In this document: piece by piece, positions 1-9,237 of the stretch | How the letters are laid out: each line of letters begins with the position of its first letter | How positions within the stretch are numbered: position 1 is the first letter of the stretch | Origin: a virus | Lineage: Duplodnaviria > Heunggongvirae > Uroviricota > Caudoviricetes | DNA length: 64,000 nt | Reading direction: 5' to 3' (one strand) | Virus record (IMG/VR): IMGVR_UViG_3300045049_000270 | Made by a program: the position numbers and the translations under genes | The notes under the pieces: generated by a model | Databases searched by the model: none | The model's input: the letters and a program-made list of their open reading frames with translations, nothing else | What the model was told of the DNA's origin: nothing

Positions 1-278
1 CCATTATCGGCAACACTGAAAACCATAGTTGATGGATCATATGTGATATCAATCCGATCACCATAACCGTGGCCAGCTACTTCATCTAGTGAATTATCAA
101 GGATTTCACGGAATGCGGTAAACACTGCTGGAATCCAAGTTTGTTCCTCGGCATATGGTTGACCGTTCTCGTACTTCAGAACTACTTGAGTGTGTGGATC
201 TCTAGAGCCCAGGTACATTTCTGGCCTTACGCGAACGTGACCTGCTTCTGTGAGTTTTACGATTTTATCATTTGCCAT
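1..278 (-). CDS. Type II DNA topoisomerase ATPase subunit (GyrB/T4 gp39-like), N-terminal part; runs off the window edge
   Basis: Manual translation from ATG 278: MANDKIVKLTEAGHVRVRPEMYLGS...FREILDNSLDE...FSVADNG. Contains the HVRxRPxMYxGS and E-I-x-D-N-x-x-D-E GHKL motifs. Confidence 0.92.
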   Translation of the reverse strand, partial: MANDKIVKLTEAGHVRVRPEMYLGSRDPHTQVVLKYENGQPYAEEQTWIPAVFTAFREILDNSLDEVAGHGYGDRIDITYDPSTMVFSVADN

Positions 279-405
279 ATTTGTTTCTCAAATTAGGTTG
301 TATTTGTAACATTGAATTAGTTTAGTGTCAATTTAGTGCCAAATGGCTGTGAAATTCAGTTTTCACCATTCCATTTATAAAGTGGCACATAATTATTTAG
401 AAATT

Positions 406-413
406 CATAAATA
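406..413 (+). promoter_or_regulatory. T4-type late promoter (CATAAATA)
   Basis: TAAATA core ~25 nt before ORF 437. The same core recurs before ORFs at 1270, 2358, 3732, 9911, 12230, 32015, 34290, 36350, 39381 and 43515. Confidence 0.65.
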
Positions 414-436
414 CAACGACTTAGAGGAGTTTTCCC

Positions 437-997
437 ATGCAAACAATTTACAGCGTATCTATTACACCATATACAGTAGATACTACTCAGCAGCAAAATC
501 TGGGTTTCATTGATAACACAACGCCAGCTCAATATCTGGCTAGTGGTACACAGCCATCGGATTTTGATTTGTCACATTCGTTAGCTAAGACGCAGGCGAA
601 TTTCCGTTGGAAATACATTCTCCAGGCTCTAGCATTGATGGCTAACCCTTATGTGATGGATGTCGTGGCCACGGGTGCGGCAATGGATACATCAGCCACA
701 TCATTTACATTTAATGTTTATTTTGAACGTGACTCAGCTGTTACTATTACCAATAGTAGCAATGTGGTATTGACTGGTGCTCAAGCAGTACAGTATGCTA
801 TTGCCACCGCCCTAGCAACCACATTCACTGATATTGCCGAATATTATGATCCAACGAAAACTACTTCATATCAGAATGGCACAACGACCGCAGCTTTTGA
901 CTACTGCGATCAGCGTGTTGGTACTGTGACTACTGGGGCGCTGGCAGCATCAGCATCAGCAGCAACAGCAAATATCACAGTCAATGTTCTTGCATGA
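437..997 (+). CDS. Hypothetical protein, probably virion structural (Thr/Ala-rich)
   Basis: 186 aa ORF, GAGGAG RBS, late promoter upstream. Confidence 0.6.
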   Translation: MQTIYSVSITPYTVDTTQQQNLGFIDNTTPAQYLASGTQPSDFDLSHSLAKTQANFRWKYILQALALMANPYVMDVVATGAAMDTSATSFTFNVYFERDSAVTITNSSNVVLTGAQAVQYAIATALATTFTDIAEYYDPTKTTSYQNGTTTAAFDYCDQRVGTVTTGALAASASAATANITVNVLA

Positions 998-1176
998 AGC
1001 CAATTTCACCCGATCTCAAAGCAATATATGAAACAGCAGCCGGTCTGTATAAGGCCGGCGTCATCAATAAAACCAAGCTTCGTGAATTTTACGAACTTGT
1101 GTACGAAAACAGTCTCAACGAGCACAAATTCTCACAATATTGTGAGAATTTGTTACGCCAAAGTAAGAAAAAGTAG
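994..1176 (+). CDS. Small protein resembling the N-terminal region of YiaG/COG2944-type antitoxin-regulators, lacking the HTH
   Basis: AIYETAAGLYKAGVINKTKLREF resembles the recalled AIHETxxGLxxxGxIDKxTMREF segment; ATGA overlap with the upstream gene. Confidence 0.5.
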   Translation: MKPISPDLKAIYETAAGLYKAGVINKTKLREFYELVYENSLNEHKFSQYCENLLRQSKKK

Positions 1177-1269
1177 TTTTAACCAGTTCTGAGTCCTTGG
1201 TTTCCATAAATATTTTAAGCTGGTTGGCAAAACCAGTTATAATACAAAACCAAACTCACAATAACTATT

Positions 1270-1428
1270 ATGAAACTCTTTTCTGGCATTCTAACTATAC
1301 TTTTCGCACTCTTAATTTCAGCCACAGCGGCATGGTTTTCAGTCGCTGGTCTAGTAGCACTTTTTGCTGCAACCGCGATTCCTGTCATTTTTGAAGTTTA
1401 TCCCATTCGTTTTCCCAAATTTGAATGA
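1270..1428 (+). pseudogene. Orphan 5' fragment paralogous to the N-terminus of gene 2358..3677, truncated by the endonuclease insertion
   Basis: MKLFSGILTILFALLISATAAWFSVAGLVALFAATAIPVI aligns with MSKLISALITLISALAISAVAAFVSVSGMMALFSATASVV; similarity ends at the endonuclease stop codon (~1385). Confidence 0.75.
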
Positions 1429-2311
1429 GATTAAAACCGGACTTTTCTATCTTCTCGATTTTCTTGAGAGTATTTTCATATAATTCACCTAATGGTTTTT
1501 TAGATAGAAAATGAATAGTATCATGCGAATGCACATTTGGATTACCGTGATGATAATCACCCCAAAACTCGTAAATTGTATTGGTTTCAGGGTCAAATGC
1601 ATCTGCAATTATGAACGACTCATCATATAGGTAAACTCGTTTTTGCCACAATTTCCTATCAATGCCAAGGTGATCTAACCATTTATTTTGTTTTCCACAA
1701 AATTTTTTAGAACAGTATGGACATCCTTGTCCCAATCTAAAGTTTTCATATGTCATATGAAACATTCCATGTTTCATACATATAATTGGTAATGGGAAGT
1801 GATCTAGATGAGTGTTAACAAGGGAAATATCATATAAATCGCCGAATTTGGTAATTAAGCGCGTGATAATTTCATCCTTAGATAATTTCGATGATTTGCC
1901 GGTACGTTCAAAACCACATTTCCTACACCCATTGCCAAAATTAACATGTAGCTCTGGTGATTGTTTAAATTGTCCGTGATGTGGACATATAATTGTTCCT
2001 TTCGTCGTGAAGTTAATATATTTGAATTCACTGTAATCATAAAAATTATCATGTTTCTGTTTGGCTGCATTTATGAAATCATCAAACGTTTTTCTATTTT
2101 TTGAAGCTGCACGTTCAATACCACATGTTGGGCAACCTTGCTTGCAATATAAATGATTACCAACCTTTTGTTTGAATTCGCCATGTAAATTACAAATGAT
2201 AGTTATTTTTGATCCAACACCATCAAATGTATCCTCAACATAAGTATAGGTATTTCCATGAATTGATTTAACTTTTTCTAAAAATTCATCGTATTGCATT
2301 TTTCTTGTCAT
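1385..2311 (-). mobile_element. Free-standing putative homing endonuclease (repeated C-x2-HG-x-F / CxxC zinc modules plus C-terminal PD-(D/E)XK/Vsr-like domain)
   Basis: Three repeats ICxxHGxF...GCxxC; C-terminal IADAFDPETNTIYEFWGDYHHG; antisense to its neighbours and very AT-rich. Confidence 0.78.
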
Positions 2312-2357
2312 AATTATCACTTATAAATAAACCACATAACAGTATTTAGTTCTAGAA

Positions 2358-3677
2358 ATGTCAAAACTAATCTCAGCCCTAATAACGTTAATATCTGCAT
2401 TAGCAATATCAGCAGTTGCCGCATTCGTATCAGTTTCAGGTATGATGGCTTTGTTTTCCGCCACCGCATCAGTTGTTTGTGTGATGATGATAGTACTTGA
2501 GTCATCAAAATTGGTAGCAGCTGGTTGGCTCCATGCAAACTGGAAAAATCCAAACGTAAATTTCATCCATAAGACATATCTGTCTTTGGCGGTTGTCGCT
2601 TTGATGATCATTACATCAATCGGCATTTATGGTTTCTTATCAAAGGGCCATTTGGAACAAGCCGCTCCTATGGCTGGTATTGAATTACAAATCAATGCCA
2701 AACAACAAGAAATACAAATGCTGCAAGATGGCAATAATCAATTGATGCAAGAACAAAAGCAACTTGATGCTGGTGTCAATGCATTCTTGCAAAATGGTTC
2801 TCTTAGAGGCGCCCAAGCTGGTTTGAAAGCACGTAATAGACAATCCACAGAACGTGCGAACATTCAAAAACAACTGGATGCTAATAATGCTAAGATTCAA
2901 GCATTGAATGCTGAAATCCTTCCATTGAAGCAACAAAACGTTGAGGTTGAAGCAAAGCTTGGTCCAGTTAAATATGTGGCACAGTTATTTGGATGGCAAG
3001 ATACTGACAAAGCAGTACGATTGGTTATCTTGACAATAATGTTCGCGTTTGACCCATTAGCAGTTATTTTGTTGATTAGCGCCACAATCTCTTTTGGTGA
3101 ATATCTAGAGGAGAAAAGAAAGAAGGCAGAAATTATACCATCAACCATTACTTTAATGCCAACATCAAACAATACATCAGTTGATATGGCTTATAGCACG
3201 ATGAATTCATCATTTGCTGCGGAACCTACCAAACACGAAACTAAAATTGAGAAACAAGTAGCTACAGAATCCACACCAGAACCAGTAATTCAAGAAACAG
3301 TTGAATCTCAAGCTGAAGTGCAACTCGATTCGGCTTCACTAGTTATTCCCGATCAGGAAGATAACTCAACAATTGCTGCACTGCGTTCAACTGATGTAAT
3401 GGCACCCGAGGTGACTGCAAATGCTGTTGATGCTGCACAGGTTGCACCAGAAGTCCCACAAGCTGCTGGTAAATTGAAATCAGATCCCACTACACAGCCG
3501 GCAACGAACGATAAGGAACGTCTTATAGAGATTCTGGAGAGCAGACCTGAATTTCTTCAACAGTTGATTGATGTAATTGGTGATCATATTCAACAAAGTC
3601 GCACAGTTGATACCCAATCTGCTACACAACCAGTTAAACCAACCGAACCACCGAAACCACAACCTTGGCTGAAGTAA
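2358..3677 (+). CDS. Membrane protein with N-terminal TM helices, coiled coil, C-terminal TM and low-complexity tail (conserved jumbo-phage type)
   Basis: Motifs LESSKLVAAGWL, ITSIGIYGFLSKGH, EAKLGPVKYVA, FDPLAV; TATAAATA upstream. Confidence 0.75.
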   Translation: MSKLISALITLISALAISAVAAFVSVSGMMALFSATASVVCVMMIVLESSKLVAAGWLHANWKNPNVNFIHKTYLSLAVVALMIITSIGIYGFLSKGHLEQAAPMAGIELQINAKQQEIQMLQDGNNQLMQEQKQLDAGVNAFLQNGSLRGAQAGLKARNRQSTERANIQKQLDANNAKIQALNAEILPLKQQNVEVEAKLGPVKYVAQLFGWQDTDKAVRLVILTIMFAFDPLAVILLISATISFGEYLEEKRKKAEIIPSTITLMPTSNNTSVDMAYSTMNSSFAAEPTKHETKIEKQVATESTPEPVIQETVESQAEVQLDSASLVIPDQEDNSTIAALRSTDVMAPEVTANAVDAAQVAPEVPQAAGKLKSDPTTQPATNDKERLIEILESRPEFLQQLIDVIGDHIQQSRTVDTQSATQPVKPTEPPKPQPWLK

Positions 3678-3731
3678 AGATACATAAAGGGCCACATAAA
3701 TACCTTTACCAGATTTTTAAAAGGAATTTTG

Positions 3732-4973
3732 ATGTCTGAAGTCGACCAAAATCTACATTGCTCCTTTTGCACAAAAGGAGCCCAAGAAGTAAAGAAGCTT
3801 ATCGCTGGCCCCAACGTACATATTTGCGATGAATGCGTAGATCTATGCTACGGTATTTTAAATGTAAGTAGTGACGGTAAGGCAGTTAGCAATGCGGCAG
3901 ATTTGGGCGACATTCCAAGTCCGTCCAAGATCAAGAACTTTCTTGATCAATATGTCATAGGACAGGACTATGCGAAGATGGTAATCGCAGTAGCGGTGCA
4001 TAATCACTACATGCGTCTTGCTAACCCAGTCGTAGACGAAGTGGAAATTGACAAAAGTAATATCATGATCCTGGGCCCATCTGGCTCAGGCAAAACATTG
4101 ATAGCTCAATCAATTGCTCGTTGTTTGAGTGTTCCATTTGCTATCGCTGATGCAACTGGTCTCACCGAGGCTGGTTACGTTGGTGATGATGTCGAAAGCA
4201 TTGTTTCACGTCTTCTGCAGAATGCAGGTGGCGATGTTGAAAAAGCTCAACGTGGTATTATCTACCTTGATGAGATTGATAAAAAGAGTAAGAAGGATTC
4301 TGCTTCTGGTTCACGTGATGTTTCCGGCGAAGGTGTTCAGCAAGCATTGCTGAAGATCATCGAAGGATCTGACATCATGGTTTCACCACAAGGCAAGAAG
4401 GGACCAAATGCCGAAATGGTCAAAATCAGCACAAAGAACATCCTGTTTATCGTGGGTGGTGCTTTCGTTGGTGTTGACAAGGTGGTTGAAAAGGCATTGA
4501 ACAAAAATAAAGGTCTTGGCTTCGGTGCAAACCTTACAATATCAGCAGACCAAAACGAACTGCTTCGAAAAGTTGAACCGTCCCATTTGATGAATTTTGG
4601 TATTATCCCAGAACTGATCGGTCGTTTGCCAATTATTGCTCCGTTACAAGAATTAAGTAATGAACAATTGGTAAAAGTATTGACAGAACCAAAGAATGCC
4701 ATTATAAAACAATTTACAAAGATGTTTGAACTTGAGGGTGCGGATTTGGAATTCACACCTGAAGCACTTAATGCAATTGCAGACCTTGCAACAAAACGCA
4801 AAACTGGTGCCCGTGGTTTACGTGGTATCATCGAGCGTTCGTTGATGGATACGCAATTCAAACTTCCAGATATGATCGCAGCTGGTGCAACAAAGGTTGT
4901 GATCACAGAAGAAACGATCCGTGAAGGTAAAGAACCGCAAGTACTTTACGGTGGAAACTCAACTGCGGTTTAA
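3732..4973 (+). CDS. clpX: ATP-dependent Clp protease ATP-binding subunit ClpX
   Basis: C4 zinc finger CSFC...ICDECVDLC, Walker A GPSGSGKT, Walker B YLDEIDK, RDVSGEGVQQALLK, LGFG loop, TGARGLR. Confidence 0.97.
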   Translation: MSEVDQNLHCSFCTKGAQEVKKLIAGPNVHICDECVDLCYGILNVSSDGKAVSNAADLGDIPSPSKIKNFLDQYVIGQDYAKMVIAVAVHNHYMRLANPVVDEVEIDKSNIMILGPSGSGKTLIAQSIARCLSVPFAIADATGLTEAGYVGDDVESIVSRLLQNAGGDVEKAQRGIIYLDEIDKKSKKDSASGSRDVSGEGVQQALLKIIEGSDIMVSPQGKKGPNAEMVKISTKNILFIVGGAFVGVDKVVEKALNKNKGLGFGANLTISADQNELLRKVEPSHLMNFGIIPELIGRLPIIAPLQELSNEQLVKVLTEPKNAIIKQFTKMFELEGADLEFTPEALNAIADLATKRKTGARGLRGIIERSLMDTQFKLPDMIAAGATKVVITEETIREGKEPQVLYGGNSTAV

Positions 4974-4985
4974 CACGGAGAATTT

Positions 4986-5513
4986 GTGACATCTAAAATT
5001 GAAATCAACGAACGCATTACTAGTCCCCGCGTTCGTTTGATTGACGCCAATGGCGTTCAGAAGGGTGTTGTCAGTATTCGAGACGCTCTATGGCAGGCGC
5101 GTCAGGAAAACTTGGATCTGGTTAAGATTGCTGATGCAAATCCACCAGTTTGCAAGATAGTTGATGCTGGCAAGTATGTATATGAGCAAAACAAGGCTAA
5201 GAAGGAATTGGCCAAGAAGCAGCGAGCAGCCGCTTCTGAGCTCAAGGAAATTCAGTTGCGACCTGCTACTGATACCAACGACATCAAAATCAAGGCACGT
5301 AAAGCACGTGAATTCTTGGCTGATGGTGATAAGGTGAAAGTTGTCATGCGTTTCCGTGGGCGTGAAATCACGCACAAGGAAGTTGGTCTTGCAGTTATCG
5401 ATACATTCATCAAAGAACTCGGTGAAGTTCGTATGGAACAACCAGTAACTGAGCAAGGTAATCAAATCACAGCATTGATTGCTCCTGTGAAAAAAGAAGC
5501 AAAAGCGGCATAA
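4986..5513 (+). CDS. infC: Translation initiation factor IF-3
   Basis: INERI...VRLID, LDLV, PPVCKI, KEIQLRP, GDKVKVVMRFRGRE; GTG start after GGAG. Confidence 0.95.
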   Translation: MTSKIEINERITSPRVRLIDANGVQKGVVSIRDALWQARQENLDLVKIADANPPVCKIVDAGKYVYEQNKAKKELAKKQRAAASELKEIQLRPATDTNDIKIKARKAREFLADGDKVKVVMRFRGREITHKEVGLAVIDTFIKELGEVRMEQPVTEQGNQITALIAPVKKEAKAA

Positions 5514-5537
5514 TTAGCTGATTTGTTGCTTTACATA

Positions 5538-5582
5538 GCGCCTGGGTGCAACTTATCTTTATGATAGGTTGTCCCAGGCGTT
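5538..5582 (+). terminator. Long hairpin after infC
   Basis: GCGCCTGGG-CAACTTATC / GATAGGTTG-CCCAGGCGT inverted repeat. Confidence 0.55.
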
Positions 5583-5605
5583 GCTCATTATTCATCAGTC
5601 TTAGC

Positions 5606-5649
5606 TTGACAGCAAATTCATATGAACATACCATATGAGTATGGTAAAT
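5606..5649 (+). promoter_or_regulatory. sigma70-like promoter with TTCATATGAA box
   Basis: TTGACA-17-TACCAT, palindrome TTCATATGAA at 5617-5626, ATGGTAAA at the predicted +1. Confidence 0.8.
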
Positions 5650-5664
5650 GAATAGGAGAGCAAG

Positions 5665-6048
5665 ATGAGTGTGCCGCTTACTCGCGAAGCTTTCGAAGCG
5701 TTGTTGCTCGAAGATTCTCCGCGCGGTATGAAGGCAGTTGGACGTGCGCTAGTTGCGCTTGCACGCCGACAAACGATTGATGAACGAACGCTCCTGCAAA
5801 CCAAATATAAGAACCGAATTGGATTTTCAGCTTTCGATGCACGTGTAGGTACTGGTAACGCTGAATTTTTTCTGCATCACGGATTCCTTACGTCAGCGCA
5901 GCTTTCATACTGGCGCAAACCTGATAACAAGGGAAATGTAAGAATTTGTAAATACGCTGAGCAACTACTTGATATCGCTCGTGAGAAACAGGGGCGGATC
6001 GAAGAAAAACGCAAAGCGAAAGCGGCACAGTTGAGCTTACCACTATAA
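5665..6048 (+). CDS. Hypothetical phage protein
   Basis: 127 aa, AGGAG RBS, downstream of boxed promoter. Confidence 0.75.
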   Translation: MSVPLTREAFEALLLEDSPRGMKAVGRALVALARRQTIDERTLLQTKYKNRIGFSAFDARVGTGNAEFFLHHGFLTSAQLSYWRKPDNKGNVRICKYAEQLLDIAREKQGRIEEKRKAKAAQLSLPL

Positions 6049-6063
6049 GAACCTGAGGGATGT

Positions 6064-6201
6064 ATGAACGAGTATTTGAATGAGGAAATTGAGGACGAAG
6101 TCTTAGGCGATGCAGTATTGCTAGGCAGAGTTGATTTGAATGCAATGATGCTTGGTGTAGAAGAATCGAATAATAGTACAGAAGCAACCAAGGATTATTA
6201 A
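6064..6201 (+). CDS. Small acidic hypothetical protein (45 aa)
   Basis: Manual ORF MNEYLNEEIEDEVLGDAVLLGRVD..., GAGGGA RBS; below the ORF-track cutoff. Confidence 0.55.
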   Translation: MNEYLNEEIEDEVLGDAVLLGRVDLNAMMLGVEESNNSTEATKDY

Positions 6202-6213
6202 ACGGGAGATCAA

Positions 6214-6615
6214 ATGAGCGGACGACATCACTTACCAATCGCAGGAGCAGCAGGTGGAGGACTTCTTGGCCTAGCGTTGTATGGTGCATGTCGAGCCATC
6301 GGAGGTTTGTTTGGTAGTTCAAATCACAAAAGCAAACGACAAAAGCAAGAGGTCGCTGCCCCGATTCAATACGTTGATCAGCAACAATCGATTGATGTAG
6401 TAGTGACCCGCGTTTATGATCATCCACTTGATGATCCGCACCACCCCTTCCATCCGGAAAACCAAGTCATTTTACGTCAACAACACGAAGCAGCAAGGCG
6501 TGATTACGAACGACGTACTGCATTCATGAGAACTCCTGAGCATCAAGCAGAAATGGGCGAACTAATCAGTAACTTTGATCGTCTGGTAAACAAGCGACTA
6601 AATCGACGAAAATAA
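6214..6615 (+). CDS. Hypothetical protein with Gly-rich hydrophobic N-terminus
   Basis: 133 aa, GGGAG RBS. Confidence 0.65.
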   Translation: MSGRHHLPIAGAAGGGLLGLALYGACRAIGGLFGSSNHKSKRQKQEVAAPIQYVDQQQSIDVVVTRVYDHPLDDPHHPFHPENQVILRQQHEAARRDYERRTAFMRTPEHQAEMGELISNFDRLVNKRLNRRK

Positions 6616-6633
6616 CCCTAACGGAGGTTACAC

Positions 6634-6960
6634 GTGTCGAGCGATGAATACTTTGGGGACTTAGAAGCGCAAAAAGCCGCTGATCGTGAAGTAGTTGAAA
6701 AGATAAAGAAAGCAGCAGAAGAATGGCGTGCAAGATGGCCCAATCACTGCAAAGCATGCCACGGTTGGGGCGGTAAAATATTCACTCAAAGCCATTCTTA
6801 TGGAATGGGGTCAGCATCAGAGCAGATATTTGAACCCTGCGACGCAACCGAAAAACTTGAAACATGTCACCGATGCGGGGAACTAGGATTGAGCGAAGAA
6901 GCTGAAGGTCCTTGCAAATTTTGTGAATGGAACTACAATGATGGGGAGCCACAGTTGTAG
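6634..6960 (+). CDS. Hypothetical zinc-binding protein
   Basis: CKACHGWGG, CHRCG, CKFC motifs; GGAGG RBS with GTG start. Confidence 0.7.
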   Translation: MSSDEYFGDLEAQKAADREVVEKIKKAAEEWRARWPNHCKACHGWGGKIFTQSHSYGMGSASEQIFEPCDATEKLETCHRCGELGLSEEAEGPCKFCEWNYNDGEPQL

Positions 6961-6981
6961 GTAACAGCAGGGTCTCCTCTC

Positions 6982-7010
6982 ACGCCCCTATTGTTATGGG
7001 GCGTCTTTTT
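6982..7010 (+). terminator. Intrinsic terminator between convergent genes
   Basis: ACGCCCC...GGGGCGT followed by CTTTTT. Confidence 0.75.
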
Positions 7011-7016
7011 GAGTGA

Positions 7017-7349
7017 TTAAAACAACAACGCAAATTCCACTGCAACTATATCATCTTTTATGAATGCTGATCCAGAGAATTCATAATCCCTACTAGTAAA
7101 ATCTTTAGATTGTGCAAGATAAACAACCGCAAAATTAGTCGTTCGACTGACTTCCCATTCCATCACGTTATCGTCAATATCAATATTTTGAGGCATGAAT
7201 TCTCGGTATTCGGCCAAAGCTTCAAAATTAAAACTCCGAATCAGAGGCGAGTTTTCTTGAAAATAGTCGAGCAACCACTGAGAAGCGTCACGCGACCAGT
7301 TTAAACCTTCTGTTCTGGTTTTAAATTTTCTATAAATGGTACCCATCAC
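7017..7349 (-). CDS. Paralog family A member 1
   Basis: WLxxYF motif; C-terminus DDIVAVEFALLF. Confidence 0.7.
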   Translation of the reverse strand: MMGTIYRKFKTRTEGLNWSRDASQWLLDYFQENSPLIRSFNFEALAEYREFMPQNIDIDDNVMEWEVSRTTNFAVVYLAQSKDFTSRDYEFSGSAFIKDDIVAVEFALLF

Positions 7350-7353
7350 ATCC

Positions 7354-7692
7354 TCAAATGCTCAATAATAATTCAATAGCCGACAAATCATCTTCAAGAA
7401 TTACGATGACCGAATTTCGTCGTATCGTAGAATAGTAAAGACCATCTACGACTGGTATGAAATACAAAAGAAACAATACCGTCCATGCTTTAGTCTTATG
7501 AACAGACCAATTGATAAGCGTGTATTCTGGAATTTTCTCGGTTATCAAACTAGAATATTCCTTTATGGTGCTAGGCGTATAATCATCAGTGATATCTAGC
7601 TTACCATAACGATTTCGTAACCAGTCTCGAACGGCTGGAAACCAAGCGTTTACTTCGCCTTCATGCATGAATTGTCGATGAATTACAGTCAT
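7354..7692 (-). CDS. Paralog family A member 2
   Basis: DWLRNRYG; C-terminus DDLSAIELLLSI. Confidence 0.7.
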   Translation of the reverse strand: MTVIHRQFMHEGEVNAWFPAVRDWLRNRYGKLDITDDYTPSTIKEYSSLITEKIPEYTLINWSVHKTKAWTVLFLLYFIPVVDGLYYSTIRRNSVIVILEDDLSAIELLLSI

Positions 7693-8000
7693 GATAGTTC
7701 TAATTTCATCTGAATAGCAGTTAATTCACTATCAACTTCAATAATCATTACTCGATAGATGCTCTCATTTTCTTTAAGAACACACTGACCCAAGCTGAAT
7801 TTTGGTGATATTCCGATATATGAAAATATACCAACTTCACCCAAGCTTTCAACCAAATATGTTTTATATCGTTCTGGTATTTCAATACTCCATGAAATGT
7901 CATCTGTTTGGTAAAACCCAGATAACCAGTCAAAAGCTTTATTGAATGCAGCTCGAGCCCCAGATTGAGGTGATAATACCTGATGAAAAATATAGCTCAT
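7689..8000 (-). CDS. Paralog family A member 3
   Basis: DWLSGFY; C-terminus SELTAIQMKLELS. Confidence 0.7.
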   Translation of the reverse strand: MSYIFHQVLSPQSGARAAFNKAFDWLSGFYQTDDISWSIEIPERYKTYLVESLGEVGIFSYIGISPKFSLGQCVLKENESIYRVMIIEVDSELTAIQMKLELS

Positions 8001-8377
8001 ACCAATTCCAATAACATTTGGACAGCAACAGCATCACTTTCAACTAGAACAGTCATAATCGAATAAAAGTCATATGTTTTATTCGATTTGAGACATTCAA
8101 TTATGATTGCCCAATCAGTTGTTTGATGTAAGCAGATTCTATCGCAGAAGAAAAATTCCGGATATAGACTGGTCGTATCCATATACGCTTCAAATGGTTT
8201 CAAATCTAATTCAGAAGCATAATAGTTTGTATGAATTCGTCCACTACCTTGGCTCCTCCAAAAATCCAATTCCTCATCATGATCAATTCGACCATAATAT
8301 TGCTCTAACCACTCAGCCATAGCATAGAATTCAGATTCTAGATCTGAAGAAGACTTCCTAATAACACTATAACTCAT
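7997..8377 (-). CDS. Paralog family A member 4
   Basis: EWLEQYYG; C-terminus SDAVAVQMLLELV. Confidence 0.7.
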   Translation of the reverse strand: MSYSVIRKSSSDLESEFYAMAEWLEQYYGRIDHDEELDFWRSQGSGRIHTNYYASELDLKPFEAYMDTTSLYPEFFFCDRICLHQTTDWAIIIECLKSNKTYDFYSIMTVLVESDAVAVQMLLELV

Positions 8378-8736
8378 ATCGATAACAACATCTCAATGGC
8401 TAATAATTCACTCTCGACATACAAAAAATAATCAATAAAACGATCATTTGTGATACAATTCCAATAACTAACTGCTATACAATACCACCGACCATTCGAA
8501 TCACCCTGATACGAACGGCAAATTATATCATAACCAGGATATTCTTGAAATTCAAAACTGATACCAAATCCCTCAAGAATGGCATGTATCTTCATTCTGT
8601 CTGAAGCCGTCTTAATATCAAGATGAGAACAATCATAATGAGATAGCAACCACCTTTTTGCCCTAGTATACCAATTCACATGATCGAAATCTAGATTTGG
8701 AACATAGGTTCGCTTCACTAAAAATAAATCATTCAC
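8374..8736 (-). CDS. Paralog family A member 5
   Basis: RWLLSHY; C-terminus SELLAIEMLLSI. Confidence 0.7.
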   Translation of the reverse strand: MNDLFLVKRTYVPNLDFDHVNWYTRAKRWLLSHYDCSHLDIKTASDRMKIHAILEGFGISFEFQEYPGYDIICRSYQGDSNGRWYCIAVSYWNCITNDRFIDYFLYVESELLAIEMLLSI

Positions 8737-9059
8737 TCTAATTCCAATTTCATCTGAACTGCCATCAATTCATCCTCAACTGTGGCAAGCACAACTTCAC
8801 GAAACTCCATACGAAGCCCCATAAACTGAAATGTGAGCAACACTACACTAAACTCAGGAAATAACACCGATTCAGTATTGGTCAATCGCCATGTCGGCAT
8901 ATAACGAAAATACTTCTGAAACACATCCTCACGATCATACATCACAGTAGCATTTGTTGTGATACCATAATATCCCTTCAACCAATCAAGTATCCGAGAA
9001 CCTAATACCACACCACTACCCATAGAATACGGTGGCATCTCAATAACATAGTCATACAT
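8733..9059 (-). CDS. Paralog family A member 6
   Basis: DWLKGYYG; C-terminus DELMAVQMKLELE; start moved to ATG 9059. Confidence 0.7.
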   Translation of the reverse strand: MYDYVIEMPPYSMGSGVVLGSRILDWLKGYYGITTNATVMYDREDVFQKYFRYMPTWRLTNTESVLFPEFSVVLLTFQFMGLRMEFREVVLATVEDELMAVQMKLELE

Positions 9060-9141
9060 GGCAATCACCCACAGAATCCCTCTATGAGAGAAGTCTAACA
9101 CCATATGCCAAATCACTCATGACAAAACACCAATTATCACC

Positions 9142-9226
9142 ACGAATAATTCATGGAGGTTATTAAGTCTACCTAATGACTACACTCGATCAATAGCCAA
9201 CGACTACCAAACCCAGGTAGAACTCT
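9142..9226. repeat. Bipartite non-coding repeat, copy 1
   Basis: ACGAATAATTCATGGAGGTTATTAA ... CAAACCCAGGTAGAACTCT; same 85-bp length and identical arms as 47873-47957. Confidence 0.85.
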
Positions 9227-9237
9227 AAAAACATGAA

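Noticed and set aside
1385-2357. Group I intron or intein housing the endonuclease
   Set aside because: The endonuclease is antisense, there is no room for a ribozyme core, and the downstream gene has its own complete N-terminus.
3732-5513. Bacterial chromosome origin suggested by clpX and infC
   Set aside because: No clpP/lon or thrS/rpmI/rplT context; surrounded by phage-type ORFs and T4-like late promoters.
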